The translations under genes and the position numbers were made by a program. A stretch of 64,000 nt of DNA from assembly GCA_016840085.1 (NCBI GenBank), contig JAEOTA010000051.1, forward strand, positions 32,001-96,000, read 5' to 3'. This DNA is from Promethearchaeota archaeon (GTDB lineage: Archaea > Asgardarchaeota > Lokiarchaeia > Sigyniarchaeales > SOKP01). Under the pieces are notes generated by a model. It was not told the DNA's origin and ran no database searches. It was given only the letters and a program-made list of their open reading frames with translations. Of the stretch, positions 51,653-61,367 are shown one piece after another; the first letter of the stretch is position 1, and every line of letters begins with the position of its first letter.

Positions 51653-52126
51653 TTGATAATGAAAAACCTTGATGAAAAAGATAAAAGAATACTTGAAATG
51701 CTTCTTGAGGATTCAAGACGACCATATCATGAGATAGCAGCAGACCCAAAGGTAAAATTATCTGAATCTACTGTAAGAAAAAGAGTTATCAAGCTACAAG
51801 ACGAAGGCGTAATTGAGAAATTTACTGTAAAGATCTGTCGCGAAGATGAAAGATGTATTATTGCTTTCATTACCCTTATTCCAAAAACCCTAGCTGAGAC
51901 AAAAGAATTATTGAGAGAAGCACAAATCCTTCCTCAATGTGAAGAAGTGTATTTCCTCGCCGGAGAATGTGGAGTTTTAGTAAAGGTTAATATTCCAGAA
52001 ATAGTTGAATTAGATGCATTAATAGAGTCATTTCGTGCTCGAGCCGATGTAAAAAGTGTTGAGAGGGTATGTGTCGTTTTAAGACCTATAAAAACTGTTT
52101 CACAATCTGAAAGTCGAATTTTATAA
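51653..52126 (+). CDS. Lrp/AsnC-family regulator
   Basis: LDEKDKRILEML, LSESTVRKRV and AGE motifs. Confidence 0.9.
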   Translation: MIMKNLDEKDKRILEMLLEDSRRPYHEIAADPKVKLSESTVRKRVIKLQDEGVIEKFTVKICREDERCIIAFITLIPKTLAETKELLREAQILPQCEEVYFLAGECGVLVKVNIPEIVELDALIESFRARADVKSVERVCVVLRPIKTVSQSESRIL

Positions 52127-52220
52127 TATTCTATTCTAACTATCTCTATGATAAATTAAAGTAGGTATATTTAAAAAGAAAATAATTAAGGTAATTGATC
52201 AGAAAATCATCTAAAACAAG

Positions 52221-52811
52221 TTATTTTTTCATAGCATTTGTAAAGACCATCTCATCACTGATTACATGCCAAGTTCTCCAACCATTTGCGATTTTTTCTT
52301 TAGCTTCTTTTATGAACGCATTATAGCCAATCTCACGACATCTTTTCAAATTTTCACAAGTATTTTTACTATATCTCGTGCAAATCATTTTAGTCATTTG
52401 TCCAGGATCAGCCATAGGTACTGGAGCAGATTTCTCATGAGAGCATGGCATTTCTGTCGTAGGATCGTAATCTTCACATTCAGCACAAGTCCAGTATCCT
52501 TTAGATTTGACACATTTCGCTATACCGCAAAATTGAGCAGCAAATCCTCCTGTAAAACATCCAGGACACTTTCCTCTATCAGCTTTTTCAATATATTGAT
52601 TCAATGTTTCCAAAGTCATTTTTATCTCATTAGGATTTAATCCAATAGCCATACTGTTATCTATTAAGTTTCCTCCTTCCCAAATACTCTTAAGTTTTCT
52701 TGCTGCTTCTAAACCTTCTCCAGTATATGTATCGCATCCTAAACAAATAATCCCACAAGGAGCGAGTATGCCTCTTTCTTCTTCTTTAACATCTTTTAAT
52801 TCTAATTTCAA
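52221..52811 (-). CDS. DUF3795-like Cys-rich protein
   Basis: LAPCGIICLGC, CPGC, C.IAKC..KG..TCAEC..PC and ENLKR..EIG motifs. Confidence 0.8.
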   Translation of the reverse strand: MKLELKDVKEEERGILAPCGIICLGCDTYTGEGLEAARKLKSIWEGGNLIDNSMAIGLNPNEIKMTLETLNQYIEKADRGKCPGCFTGGFAAQFCGIAKCVKSKGYWTCAECEDYDPTTEMPCSHEKSAPVPMADPGQMTKMICTRYSKNTCENLKRCREIGYNAFIKEAKEKIANGWRTWHVISDEMVFTNAMKK

Positions 52812-53049
52812 ATTTCATCCACCAAATTTTTTATTCATACCTTGAATAATACATTAAACCATACTTTTTTTATAAACACATAGTCTCTAATAAATTCAAT
52901 TTGAAAGCATTTTTTAATAAAAATATATCTTTTATATCAGTTTTTTTATATTGCAAAATATCATTAAATCTGTTAATTCAGAAAATTTAATTATAAAATA
53001 ATTAGATCCAATATAATTACTAAATAAAATAGATTGAATTGGAACAAGT

Positions 53050-53958
53050 ATGAAATTAGTATGCGACAATGTTTATGTAGTTAAACCTTATGATCCTCAT
53101 GCTGATGATTGTTGTGTTTATATGATTGATACAAAAAGTGAGGATGGTTTAGTATTAATTGATGTTGGGCTTAATATAGAACCAATTCAAGTTATTGAGA
53201 AAGAAGGTTTTTATTTAAAGGATATAAAACATTGTCTTATAACTCATGGTCATTTGGACCATTTTGGTGCTTGTTTTAAATTAAAAAAATTCAATGCGAA
53301 TATCAATTTTTACGCACATGAACTTGATGCTGACCAAATTGAGCAAAAACCAACCGGCCAATATATTGAACAATATTATGGAGATTACAAATATCAACCT
53401 GTTAAATTAGCAAAAAGAATTAAGTCTGATAATGAAATTCTAAAATTCGGGAAATCTCAATTCCAATGTATTCACATTCCAGGACATACTCCAGGATCAG
53501 TAGCTTATCTTCTTGAAATAAGGAAAAAAAAGATTCTTTTTGGTGGAGATCTTCCTGGTGTAGTTTTAAATTTTCGTGGCGATAATTTAGAAGAGTATCT
53601 CAAATCAATGCAAAAACTACTCCATTTCAATATCGATATACTATGCGAAGGACATGAAGATATTATAGAACCAGCAAAAAAAGTGAAGAAATTTATTAAA
53701 AAATACATGAACCTTAATGAAATGCTTAATTTATTTTTGGAAGAACCTAATAATATGGAAATTTTGCTTGATTTAACGTTTATATCATGTGAACTCGAAT
53801 TTTTTGATAATGCCCTTGATTTTTGTAATTACTTATTAGAAATTGAACCTGATAATGTTAATGGTCAAGAGTTATTAAAAAAAATTTTAAAGCAAAATCC
53901 TCAAAAAATTGATTGGATTAAAAGTCTCATTAATGAGAGCATTAAAAAAGAAAAATAA
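53050..53958 (+). CDS. Metallo-beta-lactamase-fold hydrolase with C-terminal TPR
   Basis: THGHLDH, PGHTPG, FGGD and EGH motifs; tail ALDFCNYLLEIEPDN. Confidence 0.9.
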   Translation: MKLVCDNVYVVKPYDPHADDCCVYMIDTKSEDGLVLIDVGLNIEPIQVIEKEGFYLKDIKHCLITHGHLDHFGACFKLKKFNANINFYAHELDADQIEQKPTGQYIEQYYGDYKYQPVKLAKRIKSDNEILKFGKSQFQCIHIPGHTPGSVAYLLEIRKKKILFGGDLPGVVLNFRGDNLEEYLKSMQKLLHFNIDILCEGHEDIIEPAKKVKKFIKKYMNLNEMLNLFLEEPNNMEILLDLTFISCELEFFDNALDFCNYLLEIEPDNVNGQELLKKILKQNPQKIDWIKSLINESIKKEK

Positions 53959-53990
53959 TTGCTTCTATCTAAAGATAATTTTATACTATA

Positions 53991-54146
53991 AGTGAAATTT
54001 TTGAGGATTACGAAAAATTGAAAACTCAGGAAGAACTTCATGATGATGCCTACATAAAGAATTTCCAAGCTATATTAAAAATGGGACTGGATAATTGGGT
54101 AAGAAAAGGAAAACGTTATTGGTTTGGAAGCGATCTAGACAACTAA
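53991..54146 (+). pseudogene. Orphan 3' gene fragment, possibly the C-terminus of a DUF3795-like protein
   Basis: Reads SEIFEDYEKLKTQEELHDDAYIKNFQAILKMGLDNWVRKGKRYWFGSDLDN*, bounded upstream by TAA. It could instead be a 42-aa ORF from TTG at 54018. Confidence 0.4.
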
Positions 54147-54154
54147 CTTTCTAA

Positions 54155-54748
54155 TTAATTAACAGCCGAAAGTAATTTGTATTTGTAATATTTACCTAAA
54201 ATTAATCTTAAGATGTCTTCAAAACATTCTAGGATTCCATTTCCGTTGATTGCTGCTGTATATCTTGAATCCACGTTTTTATATTTATGATACTCAATTT
54301 CTCTTAAAAATTCGGTAGGATTAAATTTATCCAATAAATCTTGTTTATTAAAAGCCAGTATAATCGGTATATCCTCAATAGATTCTTGGAAATATGTGAA
54401 AAGTTCTTTCCATGATGCTAAATTTCGACTATAAACTTCTTTATGAGAATCCAATACAAATATTATACCATCAACTGCCCGTAAAGTAATTGGTCTGGTT
54501 ATAATATAAAAATCTTGACCGGTTGTAGTATAAATATGAATTTTAAGGCGCCATTCTTCATTTTGAAATGTAACGGTTCCATAATCAAAAAATAACGTCC
54601 TATTTACAGTACTCTCGATGCTATATAGATCCTCCCCCTTACCTAAATGGGAAAATAACGCCTTGATTGATGTCGTCTTGCCTGAAAAAGCGGGTCCAAA
54701 ATATACAATTTTTATGCTAATAGTCTTATCAACAAAATCTACTATCAT
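54155..54748 (-). CDS. MglA-like small GTPase
   Basis: KIVYFGPAFSGKTT, RTLFFD, YTTTGQ, NKQDL and TAA..G motifs. Confidence 0.92.
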   Translation of the reverse strand: MIVDFVDKTISIKIVYFGPAFSGKTTSIKALFSHLGKGEDLYSIESTVNRTLFFDYGTVTFQNEEWRLKIHIYTTTGQDFYIITRPITLRAVDGIIFVLDSHKEVYSRNLASWKELFTYFQESIEDIPIILAFNKQDLLDKFNPTEFLREIEYHKYKNVDSRYTAAINGNGILECFEDILRLILGKYYKYKLLSAVN

Positions 54749-54920
54749 ATTGATTAATTTAAACCTAGATTTTTAAAAGGCAATGTTTTAGAGAAATTAG
54801 TCATAAAAATGAGATCAAAATTTAAATATTTTTGTACTCTAAATATTATCCATTTCAGTAAGGTTAATATGTGGATAATGGAGAAAAATCTGTAATTCTA
54901 ACGTTTGAGGAGTTTTATAT

Positions 54921-55357
54921 TTAATTTTCCCTTTTAAAATTTGGAAATATATATACAACGAGCACATTAAATAAAAGTAATATTGGAATTGAAATTACAA
55001 TTGGCATAAGATTGTCCCTTTCTGAGTTAAGTATTAGCGCTTCTGGAATTGAGATAATTAAGGGGATTACCTTATTAATTATTCCCACAATAATAATCTT
55101 CTTTTTTGATACTTTTTCTTGAAGAAACCTGAAGACGTAGTAAACAACAACAATTTGAAATATATAAAATTGAACATAATATCTCAATGGAGATAGATAT
55201 CTGAAAGAGTAATAAGTTGAATATTCCTAAATCATTGCTGTTATAGAATTAGGATCAGGACCTAAATCTATATGATATCCATAAGGTGCTAAAAAAACTA
55301 TTATGATTAATTAAATTCCTAAAATGATTATTACAAATTTTTTTTATCAAATACCAT
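54921..55357 (-). pseudogene. Disrupted membrane protein gene
   Basis: The frame continues upstream of 55187 as IIVFLAPYGYHIDLGPDPNSITAMI*EYSTYYSFRYLSPLRYY, with an in-frame TAG. More stops or frameshifts lie towards the ATG at 55357. Confidence 0.6.
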
Positions 55358-55453
55358 GTTTATGATTCCTACTTTCTAAGTAAGGGCAATTTATTCAACT
55401 AACTTTCAATTTAAGGAAATTTGAATTATATTAGATAAGAATTTTTGAAAAAT

Positions 55454-55831
55454 TCATTTCAAAACGGCGCGAGCCTTGTCTAAGTTGTCAACTCCGATCA
55501 CTATTCTGTTATTCTCAGCAAAATATATTAAATCAATATTAACGCCAGCACTACCAATTTTACGAGCCATGTTTCCTCCTGTACCTGGTTTTCCCACAAT
55601 ATTGCCAATATCTATAACTAAAACGTCCCGTACAGCCCGTACTTCATAACCAGCTTCTTCGAGTATGTAGCGAGTGGTAGTTTCCTCTTCCACGAGAATA
55701 TGTATTATAGCTTCACCTTTCGAGGGAAATCCACATATTCCTTCCATATTAATGCCATTTTTGCCTAATAGTTCGCCCATATCAGCTAACTTACCTGGAC
55801 GATTTTCCAAAACAACAGTTAAATCTTTCAT
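55454..55831 (-). CDS. Tandem ACT-domain protein
   Basis: VLENRPGKLA..GINMEG and KPG..ARKIGSAGVNIDLIY motifs. Confidence 0.88.
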   Translation of the reverse strand: MKDLTVVLENRPGKLADMGELLGKNGINMEGICGFPSKGEAIIHILVEEETTTRYILEEAGYEVRAVRDVLVIDIGNIVGKPGTGGNMARKIGSAGVNIDLIYFAENNRIVIGVDNLDKARAVLK

Positions 55832-56053
55832 TATTTTATTCCTCCTATTTTATTTTTTTTTAATGTTCAATACTAATTACTAACATTAAAGTAAAATTTA
55901 TTTAATAATTATATTCTTATGGATTATTATGCTAAAATGTCTATTTTACTAGGTAAATATTAAGCACATAATGCTGAATTAAGAAAATTTGAGACTCTTA
56001 ATGATTTAAATCTATATCCCAATGAATTCAAGTAATCGTAGAATAGTTATTAG

Positions 56054-56767
56054 TTGGAATTAATTATGAATAAAGATAATATTAGAGATCATTGGAATTT
56101 AACTGCTTTAGAATATCAGAAAAAGCGTCAAATTTCATATAATGATATTGAATATGCAGACGGATACGCAAAAGAATCTGAGCTTAACTTATTAGGTGAT
56201 GTTAAGGGAAAGAAAGTGATTGAACTTGGATGTGGTGGTGCTGAAAATTCTATAATACTTGCGAAACAAGGAGCTAAATGTACTGGAGTGGATTTATCCA
56301 TTGAACAATTAAAATATGCCCGAAATTCAGCAGAAAAGCATGGCATTGATATTGAATTAATTGAAGGTGATTTTGAGAACCTATTTATGCTTGGTAATAA
56401 ACGTTTTGACATTGCGTTATCTATATTCGCTTTAGATTGGGCGCAAGACTTAAAGGTTGCTTTTAAAGAGGTTTACAGAATTTTAAGAGATAAAGGCATA
56501 TTTGTTTTTAGTATGCAACATCCAACTTGGAATCTTTTAGGTGAGAATCCATCGGAGCTTAAAATAACTGAAAATTATTTTAAAGAAATATGGGAATGGG
56601 AGGAATCAACAGGAATTCCTGTTAAAGTTCATGCTTCTAAAATTAGCGATATCATAAATCAGTTAATTCATACAGGCTTTAGTATAGAAAGAATGCTTGA
56701 ACCTTCTTCAGATATAATAAAATTTGTACCCTCGACTATTATTTTTAAAGTAATAAGAAGATCATAA
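56054..56767 (+). CDS. Class I SAM-dependent methyltransferase
   Basis: VIELGCGGA, GVDLS and EVYRIL...HP motifs. Confidence 0.9.
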   Translation: MELIMNKDNIRDHWNLTALEYQKKRQISYNDIEYADGYAKESELNLLGDVKGKKVIELGCGGAENSIILAKQGAKCTGVDLSIEQLKYARNSAEKHGIDIELIEGDFENLFMLGNKRFDIALSIFALDWAQDLKVAFKEVYRILRDKGIFVFSMQHPTWNLLGENPSELKITENYFKEIWEWEESTGIPVKVHASKISDIINQLIHTGFSIERMLEPSSDIIKFVPSTIIFKVIRRS

Positions 56768-56774
56768 TCTAAAA

Positions 56775-57425
56775 ATGAAAAAGAAAGAAGATCAGATTAA
56801 AGAGATTAAAAAATATCGAAGGAAATATTATGATGACTATGCTGTGAATTATGATAAAGAATGGTGGAATGATGAGGATGCATTTGATGAATTCAAGGGT
56901 TTTAAAAAATTGGTACATGTCCAACTTAATGAGATAGTTTTGGATATTGCCACGGGGACAGGGACATTTTTGATAGAAATGGTGAAATCAGGTGGTATCG
57001 GTTACGGTATCGATCAATCCCCAAAGATGCTTGATCACTTAAAACAGAAAGTTATCCAATATAAATTAGAACATAGGATTAAGGATGTTCGAGTTGGGGT
57101 AGCAGATCAATTGCCTTATCGTGATCAGTTTTTTAACTGGGTAACATGTATAGGAATGTTTGAATACTACCCTTTAGAATATATAAAACGGGTATTCGAC
57201 GAAATTATAAGAGTGCTTAAACCTAGCGGAAAATGCTTTGTAGATATTATTAATCCTTATAATATTAAAGTTGAAAAAATGACATGGGTCTTTAAATATA
57301 ATTTAGATGATTTTGAGAGATTAATACAATCTTATGGTTTGAAAATTTTAATAAAAAATAAAGCAGGATATATGCTTCAATATCTCCTATCAAGAATAAA
57401 CAGTAAAAAGACTGTATTAAATTAA
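56775..57425 (+). CDS. Class I SAM-dependent methyltransferase (UbiE-like)
   Basis: VLDIATGTG, GIDQSPKML, LPY and RVLKPSG motifs. Confidence 0.9.
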   Translation: MKKKEDQIKEIKKYRRKYYDDYAVNYDKEWWNDEDAFDEFKGFKKLVHVQLNEIVLDIATGTGTFLIEMVKSGGIGYGIDQSPKMLDHLKQKVIQYKLEHRIKDVRVGVADQLPYRDQFFNWVTCIGMFEYYPLEYIKRVFDEIIRVLKPSGKCFVDIINPYNIKVEKMTWVFKYNLDDFERLIQSYGLKILIKNKAGYMLQYLLSRINSKKTVLN

Positions 57426-57460
57426 AACTACACAATTAATAAAAATCTAAAATAATTTCC

Positions 57461-58405
57461 ATGCAAGTCCATATTAAGTTTCTTGAACCTAGCGATTTAC
57501 GTGAAATTGTTAGGGGTTGGAATGTAGTGTTAATAAACGATAAATTAGATGAGAAAAAATTTAGTAGGATAGTTTTTGAAGATCCCAATTATGAAAAAGA
57601 GGGAAATCTAGTAGGAATTCAAGAAAATAGATTTGTTTCTTACGTAGGTGCTGTAGTTCGAGAAGGAATTAAAGGCAAAGATGGAAAGGGCCTTCCAAAA
57701 CATAAAGACATAGGATATATCAAGTGTTCCTTCTCACTTGAGAATTATCAAGATACAGAACAACAACTCTTCCACCAAGTGCTTAAGTATATAAAAAATA
57801 AAAAGAAAAAGAGGGTAATGGTTGGAGAGTATACTGGAGAATATTTTTTCCCCGGTATAGATGAAAGATATGTTAATGAACTTAATTTTTATCGAGATCA
57901 AGGATTTCAAGAAATTGATACTAATGAAGATTTAGTGCTTGATCTAAAGGATTATGAACCAACTGAATATCAAATTGGCAAATTAAAACATATAGGTTCA
58001 CTAGGTATAAAAATTATACCATATGATCCAAAATATTTGGATTCACTGAGATTTCTTGTAAAAGATCTAAATTATCCACATTGGTTTCCAAAAGGTTGGG
58101 ATATAAACTATGGGAAGAAAGGAAATCCGATAATTGCCATATTAAATGATCAAGTTCTTGGGTGGGCAGAATTCTATCCGACTTATTATGTCCCAGATTC
58201 TAATATGGGTTCGTTTGGTCCTATTGCTGTGCTTAAAAAGTTTAGAAAAAAGGGTATTGGATCTTGCTTATTAATGGAAGCACTTCTGCAAATGAAAAAA
58301 AGAAAAGTTCCAAAAGTATATGCAGGTTGGGCGGAAACTCCTTTCTATTTAAAAAACAGATGGAAAATTGTCCGAAAGTATATTGTTTTTGAAAAACAAC
58401 TTTAA
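57461..58405 (+). CDS. Tandem GNAT acetyltransferase
   Basis: C-terminal FGPIAVLKKFRKKGIG and FY motifs; degenerate N-terminal GNAT domain (FYRDQGF). Confidence 0.88.
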   Translation: MQVHIKFLEPSDLREIVRGWNVVLINDKLDEKKFSRIVFEDPNYEKEGNLVGIQENRFVSYVGAVVREGIKGKDGKGLPKHKDIGYIKCSFSLENYQDTEQQLFHQVLKYIKNKKKKRVMVGEYTGEYFFPGIDERYVNELNFYRDQGFQEIDTNEDLVLDLKDYEPTEYQIGKLKHIGSLGIKIIPYDPKYLDSLRFLVKDLNYPHWFPKGWDINYGKKGNPIIAILNDQVLGWAEFYPTYYVPDSNMGSFGPIAVLKKFRKKGIGSCLLMEALLQMKKRKVPKVYAGWAETPFYLKNRWKIVRKYIVFEKQL

Positions 58406-58422
58406 AAACTAGAATTGAATCT
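58299..58422 (+). repeat. Direct repeat A, copy 1 (3' end of the GNAT gene)
   Basis: About 124 bp matching 61368-61491 with 5 mismatches. Confidence 0.93.
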
Positions 58423-58591
58423 AATGAGCTTAAAAACAACAGCAATAGCTTTATCATTGTTGAATAATGTAAATGCTTCCGTTTTTTCAAGACTTTTTGA
58501 AAAATCAAGTTTTAAATCAATTTAACAATTAATAATTTTTAGCAATTAATCAATAAGTAAATTTCTAAAGCTACATTGTTTCCAGTATAAA

Positions 58592-59092
58592 ATGATAGAT
58601 CATCCTAAAGATGCATGGGAACGGTTTTTAGATGAATTCTATGAAACTTTTTCTGTTATTGGAACGACACATTATAAAATCTTCATATGTGGTTCTTATG
58701 TTGGTAAGCATTTTGATAATTTAAAGGAGATAAAAAGTTTAATATCTGAAGAATCTGATAACTATCTTGCTTTTTTTGAATCAGATTTTCAGAAAACATA
58801 TGAAGAAAATTATATTTTTAAATTTGATTTATTAGCAGACTTTTCTAATGAGATAATAATGATAATCGAACATGATCGTGGAGGACATATTTTAGAAATG
58901 GGAATAATACTTGCAATAAGAGAATATTTAGATAAAACTTATACTTTTGTCTTAAGGGATGCACCAATTACATTAATGTTAACAAGAGGAGGTCTTCTTT
59001 CACCATTTTTCAGAGAGGGAGAGAATTTATTTTATTTTAACAATATTGATGATTTAAGATCTAAAATTTTAGAACATTTAGGTTTTACGTAA
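58592..59092 (+). CDS. Nucleoside deoxyribosyltransferase/TIR-like fold protein
   Basis: KIFICGSY..AFFESDF..IIMIIEHDRGGHILEMG, an NDT-like G-x3-E-x-G pattern. Confidence 0.55.
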   Translation: MIDHPKDAWERFLDEFYETFSVIGTTHYKIFICGSYVGKHFDNLKEIKSLISEESDNYLAFFESDFQKTYEENYIFKFDLLADFSNEIIMIIEHDRGGHILEMGIILAIREYLDKTYTFVLRDAPITLMLTRGGLLSPFFREGENLFYFNNIDDLRSKILEHLGFT

Positions 59093-59143
59093 TTATATAG
59101 ATAAATTAGAAAATGAAAATATTAATTTAATTTTCAAGAACTA

Positions 59144-59485
59144 TTAAGTTAATTTCTTAAAAAGATCCTGAAATTTAGATTTTATTTTAGTTAATCCTAA
59201 TTTCTGAAGTAAATTCAATGATCTTTCATTTAGAGAATAAAATGAACGAAATTCATTGCGTTTATATTCCTTCTTTTTTTCATTCTTGACTAAATTATGA
59301 TCTTTAAGATATTTTAAATGATGATCTAATTGATTTGGTTTTGTTAACGGTAGTAATTCTTTCAATTGAGTAAAAGATAAGGGCTTTTCGCTAGCAAATA
59401 GAGTAAGCATAATTTTATATCTTGTTTTTTCAGTAATTATTTCTAAATCTTTTCTAAGACTTTCAGATTCTTCAAATATTTGCAT
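59144..59485 (-). CDS. ArsR-like winged-helix regulator
   Basis: TRYKIMLTL, LSFTQLKE, LDHHLKYL and FYSL motifs. Confidence 0.85.
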   Translation of the reverse strand: MQIFEESESLRKDLEIITEKTRYKIMLTLFASEKPLSFTQLKELLPLTKPNQLDHHLKYLKDHNLVKNEKKKEYKRNEFRSFYSLNERSLNLLQKLGLTKIKSKFQDLFKKLT

Positions 59486-59566
59486 TTTTTACTACAACCT
59501 CAATATATATTTTTTCAAATTTGCTTTATCTCATTCTATAAATGGAAAAACAGATATTTAAATATT

Positions 59567-59584
59567 ACTCAATTAGGATTGAGT
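59567..59584. promoter_or_regulatory. Inverted repeat ACTCAAT-N4-ATTGAGT upstream of the wHTH gene
   Basis: Read directly; adjacent to ATATTTAAATAT. Confidence 0.4.
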
Positions 59585-59721
59585 CAATGATCATTATATT
59601 ATTATAATATATAATGTTTATTTAAAGTATTAATTAATTTAAGAAAATTACTTCTTCTGAAAAATAGCCATTAAAAATTAAAAATAGAATTTTAAAAACA
59701 CTATTTTACATTATACTTTTG

Positions 59722-59784
59722 ATTTTTTTGGCTAATTCCTTCGCTTCCTCATCGACGCTCTCGAGAATCTCAAAAATTTTCTCA
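59722..59784 (-). repeat. Repeat B, copy 1 (orphan gene tail ...ILESVDEEAKELAKKIK)
   Basis: Matches 63214-63276; the first 49 bp have one mismatch. Confidence 0.88.
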
Positions 59785-59822
59785 ATTATTTCAATAAGAA
59801 ACTATTTCTATTATAAGATAAT

Positions 59823-60216
59823 TTATTTGATTTTGTGGGAGAGTTTATGGACGATCCACCATTTATCATTGATTTTCATCAGGTTAAAAGTAATCAATAT
59901 ATCCAACTTCTTCACATTCAATTCTTAGTTTTGCCGCGGCATTATTCCCCGTTACATCAATATAATAAAATTCAGTAGTCCAAGCTAAGTTTTTGTTCAC
60001 TTTTTCTGGATCATACCAAGATAAATACTCTGCTTTATCAACTATTCTCAGTTGTTTATTTTCATCAAATAGAAAAAACTTCCATTCATCATGCAAAATA
60101 CTTTTATAAAGTTCTGGATCGCTTCTAACGTGACCCTCATGGTAATAATCCATAATAGCCTTCTTTATAGAATTTTTTTCAGTTTCTTCAATATTTTCGG
60201 GTTGATTGCCTGACAT
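59823..60216 (-). pseudogene. NTF2-like (lumazine-binding-2 type) gene interrupted by a +1 frameshift
   Basis: Ends YIDYF* at TTT-TAA; the +1 frame continues NLMKINDKWWIVHKLSHKIK*, the typical family C-terminus. Confidence 0.8.
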
Positions 60217-60373
60217 TATTTTTCATTTAATTTTATGATTTATCATTTTAAACAGGATTAATGATAAAAAAATAAAATAGTTTTTTTAACTTTTCTTACT
60301 AATTTTTTCATTTTTTTTTTTTAAAATGGAATATTATATATAACTAAATATTAAACTGAAATAAATTATTATA

Positions 60374-61219
60374 ATGACAATTAAAAATAGGAAAAACACA
60401 CACACATCTTCAAAAGATTTACGACCCATCGAAATAAGCACTAAACGAGCAAATAGATATAAGAAGGGCATGAAATTATCTAAAATTCCTGGAATAAAAT
60501 ATATTTTTAAACATATTTTTAGTCCAAAAAACTCTACTGGATCGCCAATTCCAATAAATAAGTCTTTAGGAACTTATGAGAATCAAGTATTACCATTAGT
60601 GGTAACGGAATATTTCATTAAAAAAGCAAGCCATATTGTATTAATGGATTGTCCCTGTCGAAAAGCTAATAAATGTGAAGATCACGACTATAAATTAGGA
60701 TGCACTTGGTTGGGTAAGGCTGCTGCAAGGATTGAAGTCAAAAATTTTTCTGGTGCTCATCACGCTACTGTAGAGGAAGCACTAGAGCGGGAACGCTTGG
60801 CTTATGAAAATGGATTAGTACCTCATTTAGGTAGGCTCAGAGCAGATTCTTGGAAATATGGTGTTCTACCTGATACTGGACATTTCATGAGTTTATGTCA
60901 TTGCTGTTCCTGTTGTTGTATCCTAAGTACTATTAAATATGGTACATCTGCAATAAGAAAAATCCTAAAGAGAATGGAGGGTGTAACCGTTAATATAAAT
61001 AGGGATATATGTGTCGGCTGTGGAGAATGCTTTAAAGTCTGTATATATGATGCAATGAAAATGATTGATGAAAAAGCAAAGATCGATCAAGATGCTTGCT
61101 TAGGTTGTGGACGCTGTGCTAGCACATGTCCAAATCAAGCTATCACTATAATGATTGATGATTATAGCCGAATTGATGAATTGATTGCTCATATTGAAAC
61201 TTATGTTGATGTTACCTAA
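60374..61219 (+). CDS. 4Fe-4S-binding protein (Cys-rich N-terminal domain plus 2x[4Fe-4S] ferredoxin)
   Basis: CPCR..C..GC, CHCCSCCC, CVGCGECFKVC and CLGCGRCASTCP motifs. Confidence 0.9.
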   Translation: MTIKNRKNTHTSSKDLRPIEISTKRANRYKKGMKLSKIPGIKYIFKHIFSPKNSTGSPIPINKSLGTYENQVLPLVVTEYFIKKASHIVLMDCPCRKANKCEDHDYKLGCTWLGKAAARIEVKNFSGAHHATVEEALERERLAYENGLVPHLGRLRADSWKYGVLPDTGHFMSLCHCCSCCCILSTIKYGTSAIRKILKRMEGVTVNINRDICVGCGECFKVCIYDAMKMIDEKAKIDQDACLGCGRCASTCPNQAITIMIDDYSRIDELIAHIETYVDVT

Positions 61220-61367
61220 TGTTAATATTGTTTTATTTTATTATTTAATAATCTGTTAAAACTTAGAGATTTCCCAAAAACTAGACTTTTACTCTCACTA
61301 CTAAAAATAAGTCTAAAATCCACTCGAGTTAATTACGAATTTGAAAATCTTCTCAAAAATTTTAAAG

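Noticed and set aside
55220-55235. In-frame TAG as pyrrolysine or amber recoding
   Set aside because: The same gene has further stops or frameshifts upstream, many genes here end in TAG, and a TGG-to-TAG change explains it more simply.
2989-59928. Numerous short ORFs opposite confident genes (e.g. 2989-3198, 13452-13673, 20483-20800, 35014-35361, 44320-44592, 52266-52640, 59719-59928)
   Set aside because: They overlap well-supported genes or relics on the other strand and have no motifs.
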